From Bacteroidota bacterium (GTDB lineage: Bacteria > Bacteroidota > Ignavibacteria > Tepidaquicellales > Tepidaquicellaceae): a DNA stretch of 64,000 nucleotides. Shown here piece by piece: positions 1-9,683 of the stretch (the stretch's first letter is position 1; every line of letters starts with the position of its first letter). A model generated the notes under the pieces. That model worked only from the letters and a program-made list of their open reading frames with translations. It was not told where the DNA came from and did no database searches. Both the position numbers and the translations under genes were made by a program. The stretch is taken from NCBI GenBank assembly GCA_018266895.1, contig JAFDZQ010000072.1, positions 3,813 through 67,812 of the forward strand, given 5' to 3'.

Positions 1-520
1 TGACCGTGTCTTTGTAAGCTGTTCTTATGAGTTCATATCCGCCGGAGGAACTCAGTCCTTTGTCCGGACTGTATCTGCCGATGTAATAGCTGCCAAGTTT
101 TTTATATACAAAAACATATTCGTCGTCTTTGTTTATGAATGAGGAATAACCTTCTATGTATTCAAAATTTAAAATCTCTTTTCCGTTAAGCAAAAGGAAA
201 TTATTGTCCGTGCCGTAATCAGCGGAATAATTTCCGGCAACTGTATATCTGTTGCCTTTAGAATCTGTCCTGGACTCAAAGACATCTATGTATTCGTATT
301 TATCCGAAACAAAATCATTGCCGATAAGAAAACAATTCTTTTCGCCTTCAATATAATACAGATAAGAATACAGTCCGGTTTTATCATCATAAACAAATGA
401 ATACGGATCAGCGCTGCCGTTATATGTAAGAGTGAATATTTCCTTTTCGGTTACAGTCTGAGAAATCAATAAACCCTTTGAAAAGAGAAGAAATAGTAAA
501 GCAATAAGTAATTTATGCAT
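1..520 (-). CDS. secreted hypothetical protein (partial, C-terminus outside window)
   Basis: Absent from the ORF track because it runs off the window edge. The reverse frame is open from ATG (520-518) to position 1 (173 codons, hand-translated). The N-terminus MHKLLIALLFLLFSKGLLISQ looks like a signal peptide. The rest is Tyr/Gly/Asp-rich and I recognise no family. Confidence 0.55.
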   Translation of the reverse strand, partial: MHKLLIALLFLLFSKGLLISQTVTEKEIFTLTYNGSADPYSFVYDDKTGLYSYLYYIEGEKNCFLIGNDFVSDKYEYIDVFESRTDSKGNRYTVAGNYSADYGTDNNFLLLNGKEILNFEYIEGYSSFINKDDEYVFVYKKLGSYYIGRYSPDKGLSSSGGYELIRTAYKDTV

Positions 521-600
521 ATAAAAATTTTTTTTTGCTAAATTAACTGATATAGCTTTAACATTAAAGAATTAAATTATAACGTCGACGGTCATTCTGT

Positions 601-983
601 CACATCCGTCCAAAACGTTGAATATTTATTAACGAACTAAAACATATTGTAAATCAACAGGTTTGTTTCTCACAGAATTCACAGATTCACTCAGATCAGT
701 CTCTGCATGTTTCTTTTAATTTTGAATACCCGGGTAAGAATACAAGTGTATATTTTTCAAAATTTGTGTCATCTGTGAGAGAAAAGCTATGGTTTGATTT
801 TTAAATATGAATATGATTGAGATCCGGAGATAGTTTTGAAATGACCGGAAATCTGTTTTAAATTTGTATTCCTAATTAACTTTTTTAGCTAACCGGAAAT
901 GTTTTAGATAGTTGTATCATTCTGTCATTGAAAATGTTTGATTTAAAATTATTATTTTTTTATAAACATCTTGGACGGATGTG
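601..983. repeat. 13-bp perfect inverted repeat pair (cacatccgtccaa 601-613 / ttggacggatgtg 971-983) framing the divergent intergenic region
   Basis: Exact reverse complements read directly from the sequence. An 11-bp direct repeat tcattctgtca sits at 592-602 and 917-927. Confidence 0.85.
669..782. repeat. intergenic palindromic element, cacaga variant of the cacaaag hairpin repeat family
   Basis: Left arm is ctcacagaattcacagattcac and right arm is ttgtgtcatctgtgagag. tctcacaga pairs with tctgtgaga. The module structure matches the copies at 10605-10677 and 13589-13668. Confidence 0.5.
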
Positions 984-1040
984 AAATGAATATAAACCAA
1001 TTATTTCTTTCGTATAAATTAAGCATTATTAAAATTATAT

Positions 1041-2864
1041 TTGCAAATGAATTTGTACAATTCCCGTTTAAAATATTCGGAAAGAATTACGGCAAAATTA
1101 TCAGAAAGGATCGGATCGCTGAATAAGAAAAGCAACAGGTTTTCTTTTTACCGATTACTTGTGTTCGTTTCAGGCACTGCTCTAACAACAGCCGGATTTT
1201 TAACTTACGGTTTTACAGGATGGATTATTCTTGTATTGTCACTGGCAGCTTTCAGCATTGTTGTTCACAGTCATAATATGCTTCTGACAGGAATTAAGAG
1301 ATTTTATTTTTATCTGAAAATTAAAAAGGAACATCTGTCGCGTATGAAAATTGAATGGGAAAATATTCCGGAACCTGTTGCAGAATATCCTCCCGAAGAC
1401 CTTACTACAGGAAAAGATCTTGATCTGTTCGGAAAAAGATCTCTTCATCATCTTATCGACATTTCAGTTTCATTTGAAGGAAGCGAAATGCTGAAAAACA
1501 TTCTCGCGAATTTCAAACCTGAAAGAGAAACAATTTTATTCAGACAGAATATTGTCCGGGAACTCTCTTTACAATCCTTATTCAGGGATAAATTTCTTCT
1601 CAAGGCAGGAATGGTCTCAAAAAGACCTCTGAATTGCGGCAGAATTCTGAACTGGCTTAAGAATACCGCTAATGAAACAATACCGGCTTATTTATTTCCG
1701 GTTTCATTAATTCTGATAATTGTTTATTTAACTTTATTCATACTATCGAATTTTGAAATTACAGGTTCATTATGGTTTGCAGTTTTCCTGATATACTTTT
1801 TTCTGTATTCTTCATTTCAGAAAACAGCAGGGAAAATTTCAGAAGAAGCTTCCGAACTCGAAAACCACATAAAGAAATTTTCCGCTCTGATAAATTTTAT
1901 CGGAAACAATAAACTAACCGGCTGTACGCATTACAATGAATTCATCAGCAACTCATTTTTCACAGAAAATAATGCGATCGAAAAATTAAAGAGTCTTCAT
2001 AAAATTACTTCTGCGCTTGCTCTCAGGGAAAATCCGATTATAAGACTCATAGTGAATGTTTTTTTTCCCTATGATGTTTATTTCTGCAACAAACTGAATA
2101 AACTTAAATCCAAACTGAAAGAAAATATTCCCTTCTGGCTTGAGAAACTCAATGAACTTGAGTGTTATGTCTCGCTTGCAAATTTTTCCTTTCTGAATCC
2201 CGATTATAATTTCCCGGAGATATGTACAAATGAAAACGGGAAGTTTGAATCCGTAAAATTAGGTCATCCGCTCATAAAAAGAGATTTTAAGATCTGCAAT
2301 GATTTTTCAATGAATAAGGAAAATGAAATACTGATTATTACCGGCTCGAACATGTCAGGCAAAAGCACTTTCCTGAAATCAATCGGAGTTAATATGTGTC
2401 TTGCAAATGCAGGAGCGCCGGTAAATGCGGAATATCTTAAATTATCTCTGTTTGAATTATTTACTTGTATAAAAGTAAATGACTCTGTTTCGGACGGCAT
2501 ATCATATTTTTATGCTGAGGTAAAAAGACTCCGTGAACTTCTGGACGAATTCAATAATGAAAGACATCTTCCGGTGTTCTTCCTCATAGACGAAATATTC
2601 AAAGGCACAAACAACAAAGAGCGTCTTGAGGGAAGCAGGGCTTACATAAAACGTCTTTCGGAACTCAACGGATGCGGCGCGGTGACTACTCATGATCTTG
2701 AACTTGTTAATCTTGCTGATGAGATAAGCAGGATCACTAATTATCACTTCAGGGAAGAAATTGAAAATGATAAAATGGTTTTCGATTATCTTCTTCACGA
2801 AGGTCCCTGTCCGACTACCAATGCTCTGAGGATAATGGAACTTTCAGGTCTTCCCGTAAAATAA
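1041..2864 (+). CDS. MutS-family ATPase with N-terminal transmembrane hairpins (MutS domain III/V only; no mismatch-binding domain, no Smr)
   Basis: Walker A is ITGSNMSGKSTFLKSIG, Walker B is FFLIDEIFKGTN, and TTHD follows. Two hydrophobic hairpins lie at about aa 35-75 and 215-260. Start is TTG 1041 or ATG 1047. Confidence 0.8.
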   Translation: MQMNLYNSRLKYSERITAKLSERIGSLNKKSNRFSFYRLLVFVSGTALTTAGFLTYGFTGWIILVLSLAAFSIVVHSHNMLLTGIKRFYFYLKIKKEHLSRMKIEWENIPEPVAEYPPEDLTTGKDLDLFGKRSLHHLIDISVSFEGSEMLKNILANFKPERETILFRQNIVRELSLQSLFRDKFLLKAGMVSKRPLNCGRILNWLKNTANETIPAYLFPVSLILIIVYLTLFILSNFEITGSLWFAVFLIYFFLYSSFQKTAGKISEEASELENHIKKFSALINFIGNNKLTGCTHYNEFISNSFFTENNAIEKLKSLHKITSALALRENPIIRLIVNVFFPYDVYFCNKLNKLKSKLKENIPFWLEKLNELECYVSLANFSFLNPDYNFPEICTNENGKFESVKLGHPLIKRDFKICNDFSMNKENEILIITGSNMSGKSTFLKSIGVNMCLANAGAPVNAEYLKLSLFELFTCIKVNDSVSDGISYFYAEVKRLRELLDEFNNERHLPVFFLIDEIFKGTNNKERLEGSRAYIKRLSELNGCGAVTTHDLELVNLADEISRITNYHFREEIENDKMVFDYLLHEGPCPTTNALRIMELSGLPVK

Positions 2865-2929
2865 AAATATCTTTAGTTTTTATTAATAATATAAACATTA
2901 AATTTCCAAAAAATTAAATTCACCTCACT

Positions 2930-4051
2930 ATGATAAAAGTAAGACAATCAATTCTTGTTTTAATATTCTTTTTTTCAGCATCGGGTTATTTATCTGCGCA
3001 GAAAGATTACTCTGTTATCAGAAAGGAAATTGATCATTCGGTCGATTCACTTTTAATTCTGTACAAAGTCCCCGGCATTACAGTCGAGATCAACACTCCC
3101 GAATTTACTTATTCAAAAACTACAGGTCTGGGAGACATCAAAACCGGAGTCAGGAGAAATTTAAATGATAAAATAAGAATTGGCAGCATCACAAAAACTT
3201 TTGTTGCAACTGTGATATTACAGCTGTCTGATGAAGGCAAACTGAAAATCGATGATAAGCTTTCCCGGTTTTATCCTGATTATCCTAATTCGGAAAATAT
3301 CACAATCCGTCAGGTACTTGATATGACAAGCGGAATACCTGATTATATTGACGACTCTGTCGTTACAAAGAGTTTTTTTTATGACAGACTTGATAAATAT
3401 ACTCCTGAAGAAATTTATGAAATAACGAAAAGAATGAAGCCGTATTTTCCGCCTGGAACAGCCTGGCATTATTCAAACGGGAATTACAATATCCTGGGAA
3501 TGCTCATAGAAAAACTCACGGGGAATAAAGTAAATGCTGAGATTGAAAACAGAATAATCAAACCACTCGGTCTTAAAAACACCAGTTTCCCGTTAACACC
3601 CAATATGGACGGACAATACAGTCACGGTTATATGAAAAATGAATTTAATAAAACTAATGATGAAATTACCGATGTAACGGTAATAGATCCTTCGATAACG
3701 TGGGCGGCCGGAGCAATGATATCCGATTTTGATGATCTGAAAATATATTCCGAAGCGCTGGCTAACGGAAGTATGATAAGCAAATCTGCTCAGTCGGAAA
3801 GACTTAAATTTGTTAAGACGGGAGTAACTGATTTTCTTGAATACGGTCTCGGGATTGCAAGTGTCGGAGGATTCATCGGACATAACGGAGGAATTACCGG
3901 ATATAACACATCAATGTACCTTCATCCTGATTTGAAAGCTCAGATACTGGTTTCGGTAAATGAATTTGGAGAGGACGGAGGAGTATCTGACAAAATATTT
4001 TCGGTAATTGCGGAAAAGTTATATCCGGAAAAGAGTTTTTTTAAGGAATAA
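2930..4051 (+). CDS. secreted serine hydrolase (class C beta-lactamase / DD-peptidase family)
   Basis: Signal peptide present. SxxK motif is IGSITKTF and the YxN motif is HYSNGNY. Confidence 0.8.
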   Translation: MIKVRQSILVLIFFFSASGYLSAQKDYSVIRKEIDHSVDSLLILYKVPGITVEINTPEFTYSKTTGLGDIKTGVRRNLNDKIRIGSITKTFVATVILQLSDEGKLKIDDKLSRFYPDYPNSENITIRQVLDMTSGIPDYIDDSVVTKSFFYDRLDKYTPEEIYEITKRMKPYFPPGTAWHYSNGNYNILGMLIEKLTGNKVNAEIENRIIKPLGLKNTSFPLTPNMDGQYSHGYMKNEFNKTNDEITDVTVIDPSITWAAGAMISDFDDLKIYSEALANGSMISKSAQSERLKFVKTGVTDFLEYGLGIASVGGFIGHNGGITGYNTSMYLHPDLKAQILVSVNEFGEDGGVSDKIFSVIAEKLYPEKSFFKE

Positions 4052-4064
4052 AAAACAGAATCTT

Positions 4065-4553
4065 ATGAAAGAAGAATTTAAGAACCAACTGGAAATTCTG
4101 ACAAATATTATCCTTGAGATCAGAAAACGTAAGAAGGATGAGCATTTTGAATTAATAGATACTGAAAATGCCCGGAAATTCAAAGGGATGATCACGGATC
4201 ATATAATTCCGATGGTTAAGGATGCTTCGATCATAATCGGAAGGTCAGGATGTTCGCTTCGTTATTATTCAAATGAACTTGCTATTATCCGCGACCCCAA
4301 GAAAAGAATTTTCATTCAGATACTTTTTTATCCTTACGGTCACAGCAAGGTTACACTCGGCGTAAATGCGCCTTTTCTTCAGTTCGCTTACAGCCCTTTA
4401 AAAGAAAATATCAAAATCACACAGAAACTTTCAATAAAATCCGATGAGCAGAGATTAAAAATTGATGAGATTGAAATTGATGAGTTTTTACAGTCTAAAA
4501 TTGACAAATATATACTTTCATTTCTGAGAGATACTATCATGTTCAATTCCTGA
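4065..4553 (+). CDS. hypothetical protein
   Basis: The ORF-track frame starts at 4008 and overlaps the preceding stop. The first ATG after that stop is 4065 (MKEEFKNQLE...). No family recognised. Confidence 0.5.
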   Translation: MKEEFKNQLEILTNIILEIRKRKKDEHFELIDTENARKFKGMITDHIIPMVKDASIIIGRSGCSLRYYSNELAIIRDPKKRIFIQILFYPYGHSKVTLGVNAPFLQFAYSPLKENIKITQKLSIKSDEQRLKIDEIEIDEFLQSKIDKYILSFLRDTIMFNS

Positions 4554-4987
4554 GATAATATTAATAATCAGATGATGTGAGAATGTGTATATAAAAGGGA
4601 TAATGAAATTGCAGATTCATAAGAGAAAATAAAATATAAATCGTCAGAGAACACACACTTCAACATTGGAATAACTACGAAGAAAAATTCAGGCAAAAAT
4701 TACCTTCCGTAACAGTTTTGAAATCTAAAATAATCTCTATTTAAACGACACAATTAGTCTGAACTTTTATAATGTTTTGGACGAATAGGTCTGGCATTCT
4801 TAGATGTTAGTTAAATTGTTAATTAAAAATCAGGGTCTGATTAATATAAAAAATCAAATATTCCCAATAATTAAAAAAAAATAAGATAAATTAAAAATCA
4901 CAGATTTATTTAAATGTATATTTCAGAATGTAGGATGCATTTTAAAATTGTTTTTACATGACTGTATATTTATTTTTACGAAGAAAA

Positions 4988-5071
4988 GCTCAGATGGCGG
5001 AATTGGTAGACGCGCTGCATTCAGGGTGCAGTCTTAGCATTAAGGTGGGGGTTCGAGTCCCCCTCTGAGCA
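4988..5071 (+). tRNA. tRNA-Leu (anticodon CAG), type II with long variable arm
   Basis: Acceptor stem gctcaga/tctgagc. Anticodon stem ctgca/tgcag with loop ttCAGgg. Variable arm tcttagcattaaggt. T arm ggggg-ttcgagt-ccccc. No encoded CCA. Confidence 0.95.
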
Positions 5072-5094
5072 CAAAAAAAATAAACTAATGAAAA

Positions 5095-7029
5095 TTGAAC
5101 AAAAATTGGAAATTAAAAACAAGTCTCTCGAAGGACCCGTCTGTCCAAAATGAAGATATTGACATAAATTTTCTGTTAACGGACAGATTCAGTGAAATGT
5201 GCGATGATATATTAAATCGCACCGAAGACGAGGAAACAAAAAGATTTGCACTTCTCTGCAAAAACATCGCAGTAAAATACAAATACGAAAAATTTAAAGA
5301 GGAAGTCAGACTTCTCAAGGCAAACATTAAAATCCCTGACATTGCCTTAAATCTTCTTTTTTCAAGAGGAGTATCAGATTATCATAAAATGCTAAAGTTT
5401 TTCAGACCGACAATGGATAAACTATATGATCCTTTGCTGATGAAAGACTGTGATATTGCGTCCGACAGGATAGTAGAAGCAATAGAAAACAAAGAGCAGA
5501 TTATGATTCTCGGAGATTATGATGTTGACGGCACCTGCGGAGTTTCCCTGTTTTACCTTTTTCTCAGAAATTACGGACTTGATCCTGAATACTATATCCC
5601 GGACAGAATTAAAGAAGGATACGGAATATCAATTCAGTCAATAGATTATGCCAGGGAAAAAAATATTAAACTGATAGTATCCATTGATTGCGGAATAACA
5701 GCAACCGACAAAGTGAAATACGCAAAATCCTTAGGTATTGATTTCATTATCTGCGATCACCATCAGCCGCCTGAAAAAATTCCCGAAGCGCTGGCTGTAA
5801 TGGATCCTCTGAGATCAGACGATAATTATCCTTTCAAATATCTTTGCGGGACAGGTGTTGCATTTAAACTTGTTCAGGCGATTGCTATAAAAACACGCAG
5901 ACCAGAAATTCCGGAAACTTTAATAGACCTTGTGGCAATAGCCACTGCTTCGGATATTGTACCGTTAAATGACGAAAACAGAATTCTGGTTAATGAAGGT
6001 TTTGCAAGGATCAACAGCAATCCCAGACTGTCATTAAGAATTCTTATCGAATCCAGCGGACTGAAATTAGGAAATCTGAATACAAGTAACATAGTATTTA
6101 CCGTTGCTCCGAGAATTAATGCAGTAGGAAGGCTTGGAGATGCAAAAAGGGCTGTTGAACTTTTAACCTGCACTGATGACGACAAGATTAACGAGTTTAC
6201 TGAAATACTGAATGAAGAAAATAAAAAAAGACGAGGTATTGATAAATCGATTACCGATGATGCATTTACAATGTTTGAAGATGAGCTTGACATTAAAAAC
6301 CTGAATTCGATTATTATCCATAATGAAAAATGGCATCCCGGAGTTATAGGAATCGTTGCAGCAAGATTAGTCGAAAAATATAATCTGCCTTCCATTGTAC
6401 TTACGACCGTAAACGGCGTAGCCAAAGGAAGCGCAAGAAGCATAAATTCATTTAATATTTATGAAGCCCTGAAAAAGTGCCAGGATCATTTAATACAATT
6501 CGGAGGACATTTTCATGCAGCCGGTCTTGAAATTGAACTCGATAAGATTGATTCATTCAAGGAATCCTTTAATGAAATTGCTTCAAGGGAAATAAGCGAT
6601 GAACAGCTGATACCGGAGATTGAAGTTGACAGTGAAATTACATTTGAAGATCTGTCGCCGAAATTCATACAGATACTTTCATTTTTCGAACCGCACGGAC
6701 CCGAGAATATGACTCCTGTTTTTGTAACAAGGAATGTTGAAGTAATTGACAAAGTATATTTCACTGAAAAATCAAACACACATATCTTCAAAGTAAAAGA
6801 CAGTGAATCAAACAAGAAATTCGAAGCTGTGTTTTTTAATTCTCATGAATACAGGGATAACGGAATGAACGGTCATTCCGGTAACGGTTCTGCAAACAAA
6901 CTTATTATAAAAGAAGGAAGTAATTTTGACATTTGCTATTCCGTAGATAAAAATTTCTGGAAAGGAAGAGAATACACTAAACTCAGAATAAGAGATATCA
7001 AGCCAACTAAATTATATAATCAAACATAA
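5095..7029 (+). CDS. recJ: single-stranded-DNA-specific exonuclease RecJ
   Basis: DHH-family motifs are GDYDVDGT, SIDCG, DHH and GGHFHAAG. Length is 644 aa. TTG start. Confidence 0.9.
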   Translation: MNKNWKLKTSLSKDPSVQNEDIDINFLLTDRFSEMCDDILNRTEDEETKRFALLCKNIAVKYKYEKFKEEVRLLKANIKIPDIALNLLFSRGVSDYHKMLKFFRPTMDKLYDPLLMKDCDIASDRIVEAIENKEQIMILGDYDVDGTCGVSLFYLFLRNYGLDPEYYIPDRIKEGYGISIQSIDYAREKNIKLIVSIDCGITATDKVKYAKSLGIDFIICDHHQPPEKIPEALAVMDPLRSDDNYPFKYLCGTGVAFKLVQAIAIKTRRPEIPETLIDLVAIATASDIVPLNDENRILVNEGFARINSNPRLSLRILIESSGLKLGNLNTSNIVFTVAPRINAVGRLGDAKRAVELLTCTDDDKINEFTEILNEENKKRRGIDKSITDDAFTMFEDELDIKNLNSIIIHNEKWHPGVIGIVAARLVEKYNLPSIVLTTVNGVAKGSARSINSFNIYEALKKCQDHLIQFGGHFHAAGLEIELDKIDSFKESFNEIASREISDEQLIPEIEVDSEITFEDLSPKFIQILSFFEPHGPENMTPVFVTRNVEVIDKVYFTEKSNTHIFKVKDSESNKKFEAVFFNSHEYRDNGMNGHSGNGSANKLIIKEGSNFDICYSVDKNFWKGREYTKLRIRDIKPTKLYNQT

Positions 7030-7044
7030 TAATTCGGAGAATTT

Positions 7045-7773
7045 ATGTCTGGACATTCCAAATGGGCTACAATTAAAAGAAAGAAAGCCGCTACAGATTC
7101 AGCCCGTGGAAAAGTATTTACAAAGATCATTAAAGAAATAACGATCTCTTCAAGGGACGGCGGAGGCGATCCTGATGCAAATCCGCGACTGAGGCTTGCA
7201 ATTCAAACTGCAAAAGCAAGCAATATGCCGCAGGACAATATCACAAGAGCAATTAAAAAAGGCACGGGTGAACTCGAAGGTGTCAAGTATGAAGAAATAA
7301 CTTATGAAGCATACGCTCCTCACGGAATTGCAATGATCATTGAGAGCGTGACCGATAATAAAAACAGAACAGTTGCAGAACTAAGGCATTCAATTTCAAA
7401 AGCAAACGGAAATCTCGGCGAATCAGGTTCAGTTTCCTGGATGTTTGAAAGGAAAGGCGTCATTTATGTCGAAAAAGAAAATGTTAAGGAAGATGACCTG
7501 ATGGATGTAATACTTGAAGCGGGAGCTGACGATCTTGATTCAGAAGGTGATTTGTACGAAGTGACTTCTTCTCTTGAAAATTTTGAAAAAGTAAGAAAGG
7601 CGATAGAAGAAAAATCATATAAAATAGAAAGCGCTTCGCTTCAGTACATTGCAAAAGATCTTCTGCCGGTTGACAGTAAGAATGTTGATGCTGTGATAAG
7701 ATGCATAGAGGCGGTTGAGGATAATGATGATGTGCAGAATGTTTATTCCAATGCGGATTTTCCGGATGAATGA
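7045..7773 (+). CDS. yebC: YebC/PmpR family DNA-binding transcriptional regulator
   Basis: Canonical N-terminus MSGHSKWATIKRKKA. Sits upstream of ruvC, as in many bacteria. Confidence 0.9.
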   Translation: MSGHSKWATIKRKKAATDSARGKVFTKIIKEITISSRDGGGDPDANPRLRLAIQTAKASNMPQDNITRAIKKGTGELEGVKYEEITYEAYAPHGIAMIIESVTDNKNRTVAELRHSISKANGNLGESGSVSWMFERKGVIYVEKENVKEDDLMDVILEAGADDLDSEGDLYEVTSSLENFEKVRKAIEEKSYKIESASLQYIAKDLLPVDSKNVDAVIRCIEAVEDNDDVQNVYSNADFPDE

Positions 7774-7795
7774 TTTGCCATTCTAAATTTTTAAA

Positions 7796-8359
7796 ATGAA
7801 AATAATCGGAATAGATCCGGGTACGTCTGTTACAGGCATCGGGATAATTGAAAACAAAAAAGGGCATACGTCGCTGATACATTACGATACTATTGTGCTT
7901 AATTCCAAAAAAACTCTTCCGGAAAGATTAAAGATCATTTATGACAGCTGTCTTAAATGTATATCGCAGTTCGGACCGGATGAATTTGCAATAGAAACAG
8001 CTTTTTACGGAAAGAACATTCAGTCAACATTAAAACTCGGACAGGCAAGGGGCGTTGCAATCATTGCAGCATTGAATTCAGATCTTAAGATCGCCGAGTA
8101 CTCTCCCAGAGAAGTTAAAAAATCGGTTACCGGAAACGGAGCATCATCCAAGGAACAAGTGCAGTATATGGTAAAATCCATTCTGTCTCTGAAAAATAAT
8201 ATGCCTGCAGATTCTTCCGATGCTCTGGCAGTTGCTTTATGTCATTTTAACAGTCTTCAGAATTGTTTCGGAAAAACCTCAAATAAGAAAAACGGAAACA
8301 GCTGGAAGACTTTTGCTGAAAATAATCCCGGAAGGATAATCTCAAAAAAAGTTAAATGA
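7796..8359 (+). CDS. ruvC: crossover junction endodeoxyribonuclease RuvC
   Basis: N-terminus is IIGIDPGTSVTGIGII, with acidic catalytic residues. Has a 4-nt overlap with ruvA. Confidence 0.9.
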   Translation: MKIIGIDPGTSVTGIGIIENKKGHTSLIHYDTIVLNSKKTLPERLKIIYDSCLKCISQFGPDEFAIETAFYGKNIQSTLKLGQARGVAIIAALNSDLKIAEYSPREVKKSVTGNGASSKEQVQYMVKSILSLKNNMPADSSDALAVALCHFNSLQNCFGKTSNKKNGNSWKTFAENNPGRIISKKVK

Positions 8360-8985
8360 TTTCTTTATTAAAAGGAAACCTGATCCGCAGAAATAAGAGT
8401 GAAGTGATTCTTGACGTAAACGGAGTCGGATATCAGATCTTCATTTCAAAAAAAGTCAGTGAATTTATAAACGACAAGCCGGCGGAAGACAGTTCTGAAC
8501 TGACGATTCATACCCATCTTGATGTGAAGGAGAATTCGCTGACATTGTACGGATTCATAGATGAAAAAGAAAAGGAAATGTTTAAACTGCTTATTTCAGT
8601 GAACGGAATCGGACCAAAGATAGCGCATAACATTCTCACACACATTTCATTTGAAGAGATAGTAAGCCTTATTTCAGGAAACAGTCTTTCTTACCAGATA
8701 AAAATTCCGGGTCTTGGTCAGAAAAAACTTGAGCTTATTTCAATGACTCTCAAAGATAAAGTGTACAGGATAGACAGTGATACGGACAGAAAAAATGAGC
8801 GCCCGGCCGGCACCGGAACGGATGATCACGCAAGGCTTGAAGCCCTGAACGCTCTGATGAATCTTGGTTATCTTCGCAGTGAAGGAGAAAAAATCATAAG
8901 GGAAGTTCTGAAACAGAATAAAGCCGAAACAAAATTAAATACGGAAGACATAATTAGGAAATGTCTGGAATACATTTCAAAATAA
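8356..8985 (+). CDS. ruvA: Holliday junction branch migration protein RuvA
   Basis: MISLLKGNL...VNGVGYQI, plus the HhH region VNGIGPKIA. Confidence 0.9.
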   Translation: MISLLKGNLIRRNKSEVILDVNGVGYQIFISKKVSEFINDKPAEDSSELTIHTHLDVKENSLTLYGFIDEKEKEMFKLLISVNGIGPKIAHNILTHISFEEIVSLISGNSLSYQIKIPGLGQKKLELISMTLKDKVYRIDSDTDRKNERPAGTGTDDHARLEALNALMNLGYLRSEGEKIIREVLKQNKAETKLNTEDIIRKCLEYISK

Positions 8986-9001
8986 ATTACAAATTAAAAT
9001 A

Positions 9002-9682
9002 ATGAACGATAAAATATTAGAAGACATCTGGGGAAAGATCAGACTGCTTATGAAGTCGCATCCATGGCACGGAGTTCCGATTGGAAAAGATTTTCCCGGG
9101 ATTGTGACCACTTACATTGAGATAGTGCCTACCGATACAGTAAAATATGAAATAGAAAAACAAAGCGGATTCCTGAAAGTTGACAGACCGCAGAAATATT
9201 CCAATATTTGTCCGACTCCTTACGGATTCATTCCTCAGACACTGTGCTCAAAGAATGTAGCGGAATACTGCATGCAAAAAACAGGAAGAAAGGATATCAT
9301 CGGTGACAATGATCCGCTTGATATCTGCGTTGTAACAGAAAAAGCGCTTAATCACAGTAATATCCTTCTTCAGGCAATTCCGATAGGAGGCCTGCGGCTT
9401 ATAGACAACCATGAAGCGGACGATAAGATCATAGCTATCATGAAAGATGATGCGATCTTCAGCAAATGGAAAGACATTTCCGATTGTTCTGATTCGTTTG
9501 TGGAAAGACTGAAGCATTATTTTCTTACATATAAAGATGCTCCGGGATCCGAAGGCAAAAGATGCGAGATTGAAAGCGTGTACGGCAGGGAAGAGGCATA
9601 TGAAGTTATTAAAGCCAGCAATAAAGACTATCTTAAAAAATATTCCGATCTGAGCAATCTGCTTGACAGGGAAGGTATATAA
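9002..9682 (+). CDS. ppa: inorganic pyrophosphatase (family I, long form)
   Basis: YIEIVPTDTVKYEI and DNDPLDICV motifs. Confidence 0.8.
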   Translation: MNDKILEDIWGKIRLLMKSHPWHGVPIGKDFPGIVTTYIEIVPTDTVKYEIEKQSGFLKVDRPQKYSNICPTPYGFIPQTLCSKNVAEYCMQKTGRKDIIGDNDPLDICVVTEKALNHSNILLQAIPIGGLRLIDNHEADDKIIAIMKDDAIFSKWKDISDCSDSFVERLKHYFLTYKDAPGSEGKRCEIESVYGREEAYEVIKASNKDYLKKYSDLSNLLDREGI

Positions 9683-9683
9683 G

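Noticed and set aside
4008-4064. Upstream extensions of ORF-track starts at 4008, 28348, 35522, 47141 and 53685.
   Set aside because: These extensions overlap the preceding gene or add residues before a recognisable signal peptide or conserved N-terminus. Downstream ATGs fit better: 4065, 28387, 35555, 47216 and 53640. Both options remain possible without experimental data.
1041-5071. A genomic or defence island next to tRNA-Leu (MutS-like ATPase, serine hydrolase, orphan ORF).
   Set aside because: The flanks show no integrase, recombinase, transposase or repeat of the tRNA 3' end. The genes lie 5' of the tRNA rather than at its 3' end. None match components of defence systems I know.
5874-6443. 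Long antisense ORFs inside well-supported genes. These are 5874-6443, 20741-21211, 35698-36198, 45300-45605, 48581-49108, 23235-23666, and the many 60-130-aa minus/plus shadows in the ORF track.
   Set aside because: Each lies fully within, and antisense to or out of frame with, a gene that has clear family motifs (recJ, wzz, transaldolase, atpI, atpA and others). Their translations are low-complexity (Ser/Leu/Ile/Phe-rich) with no motifs. They are typical shadow ORFs of an AT-rich genome.
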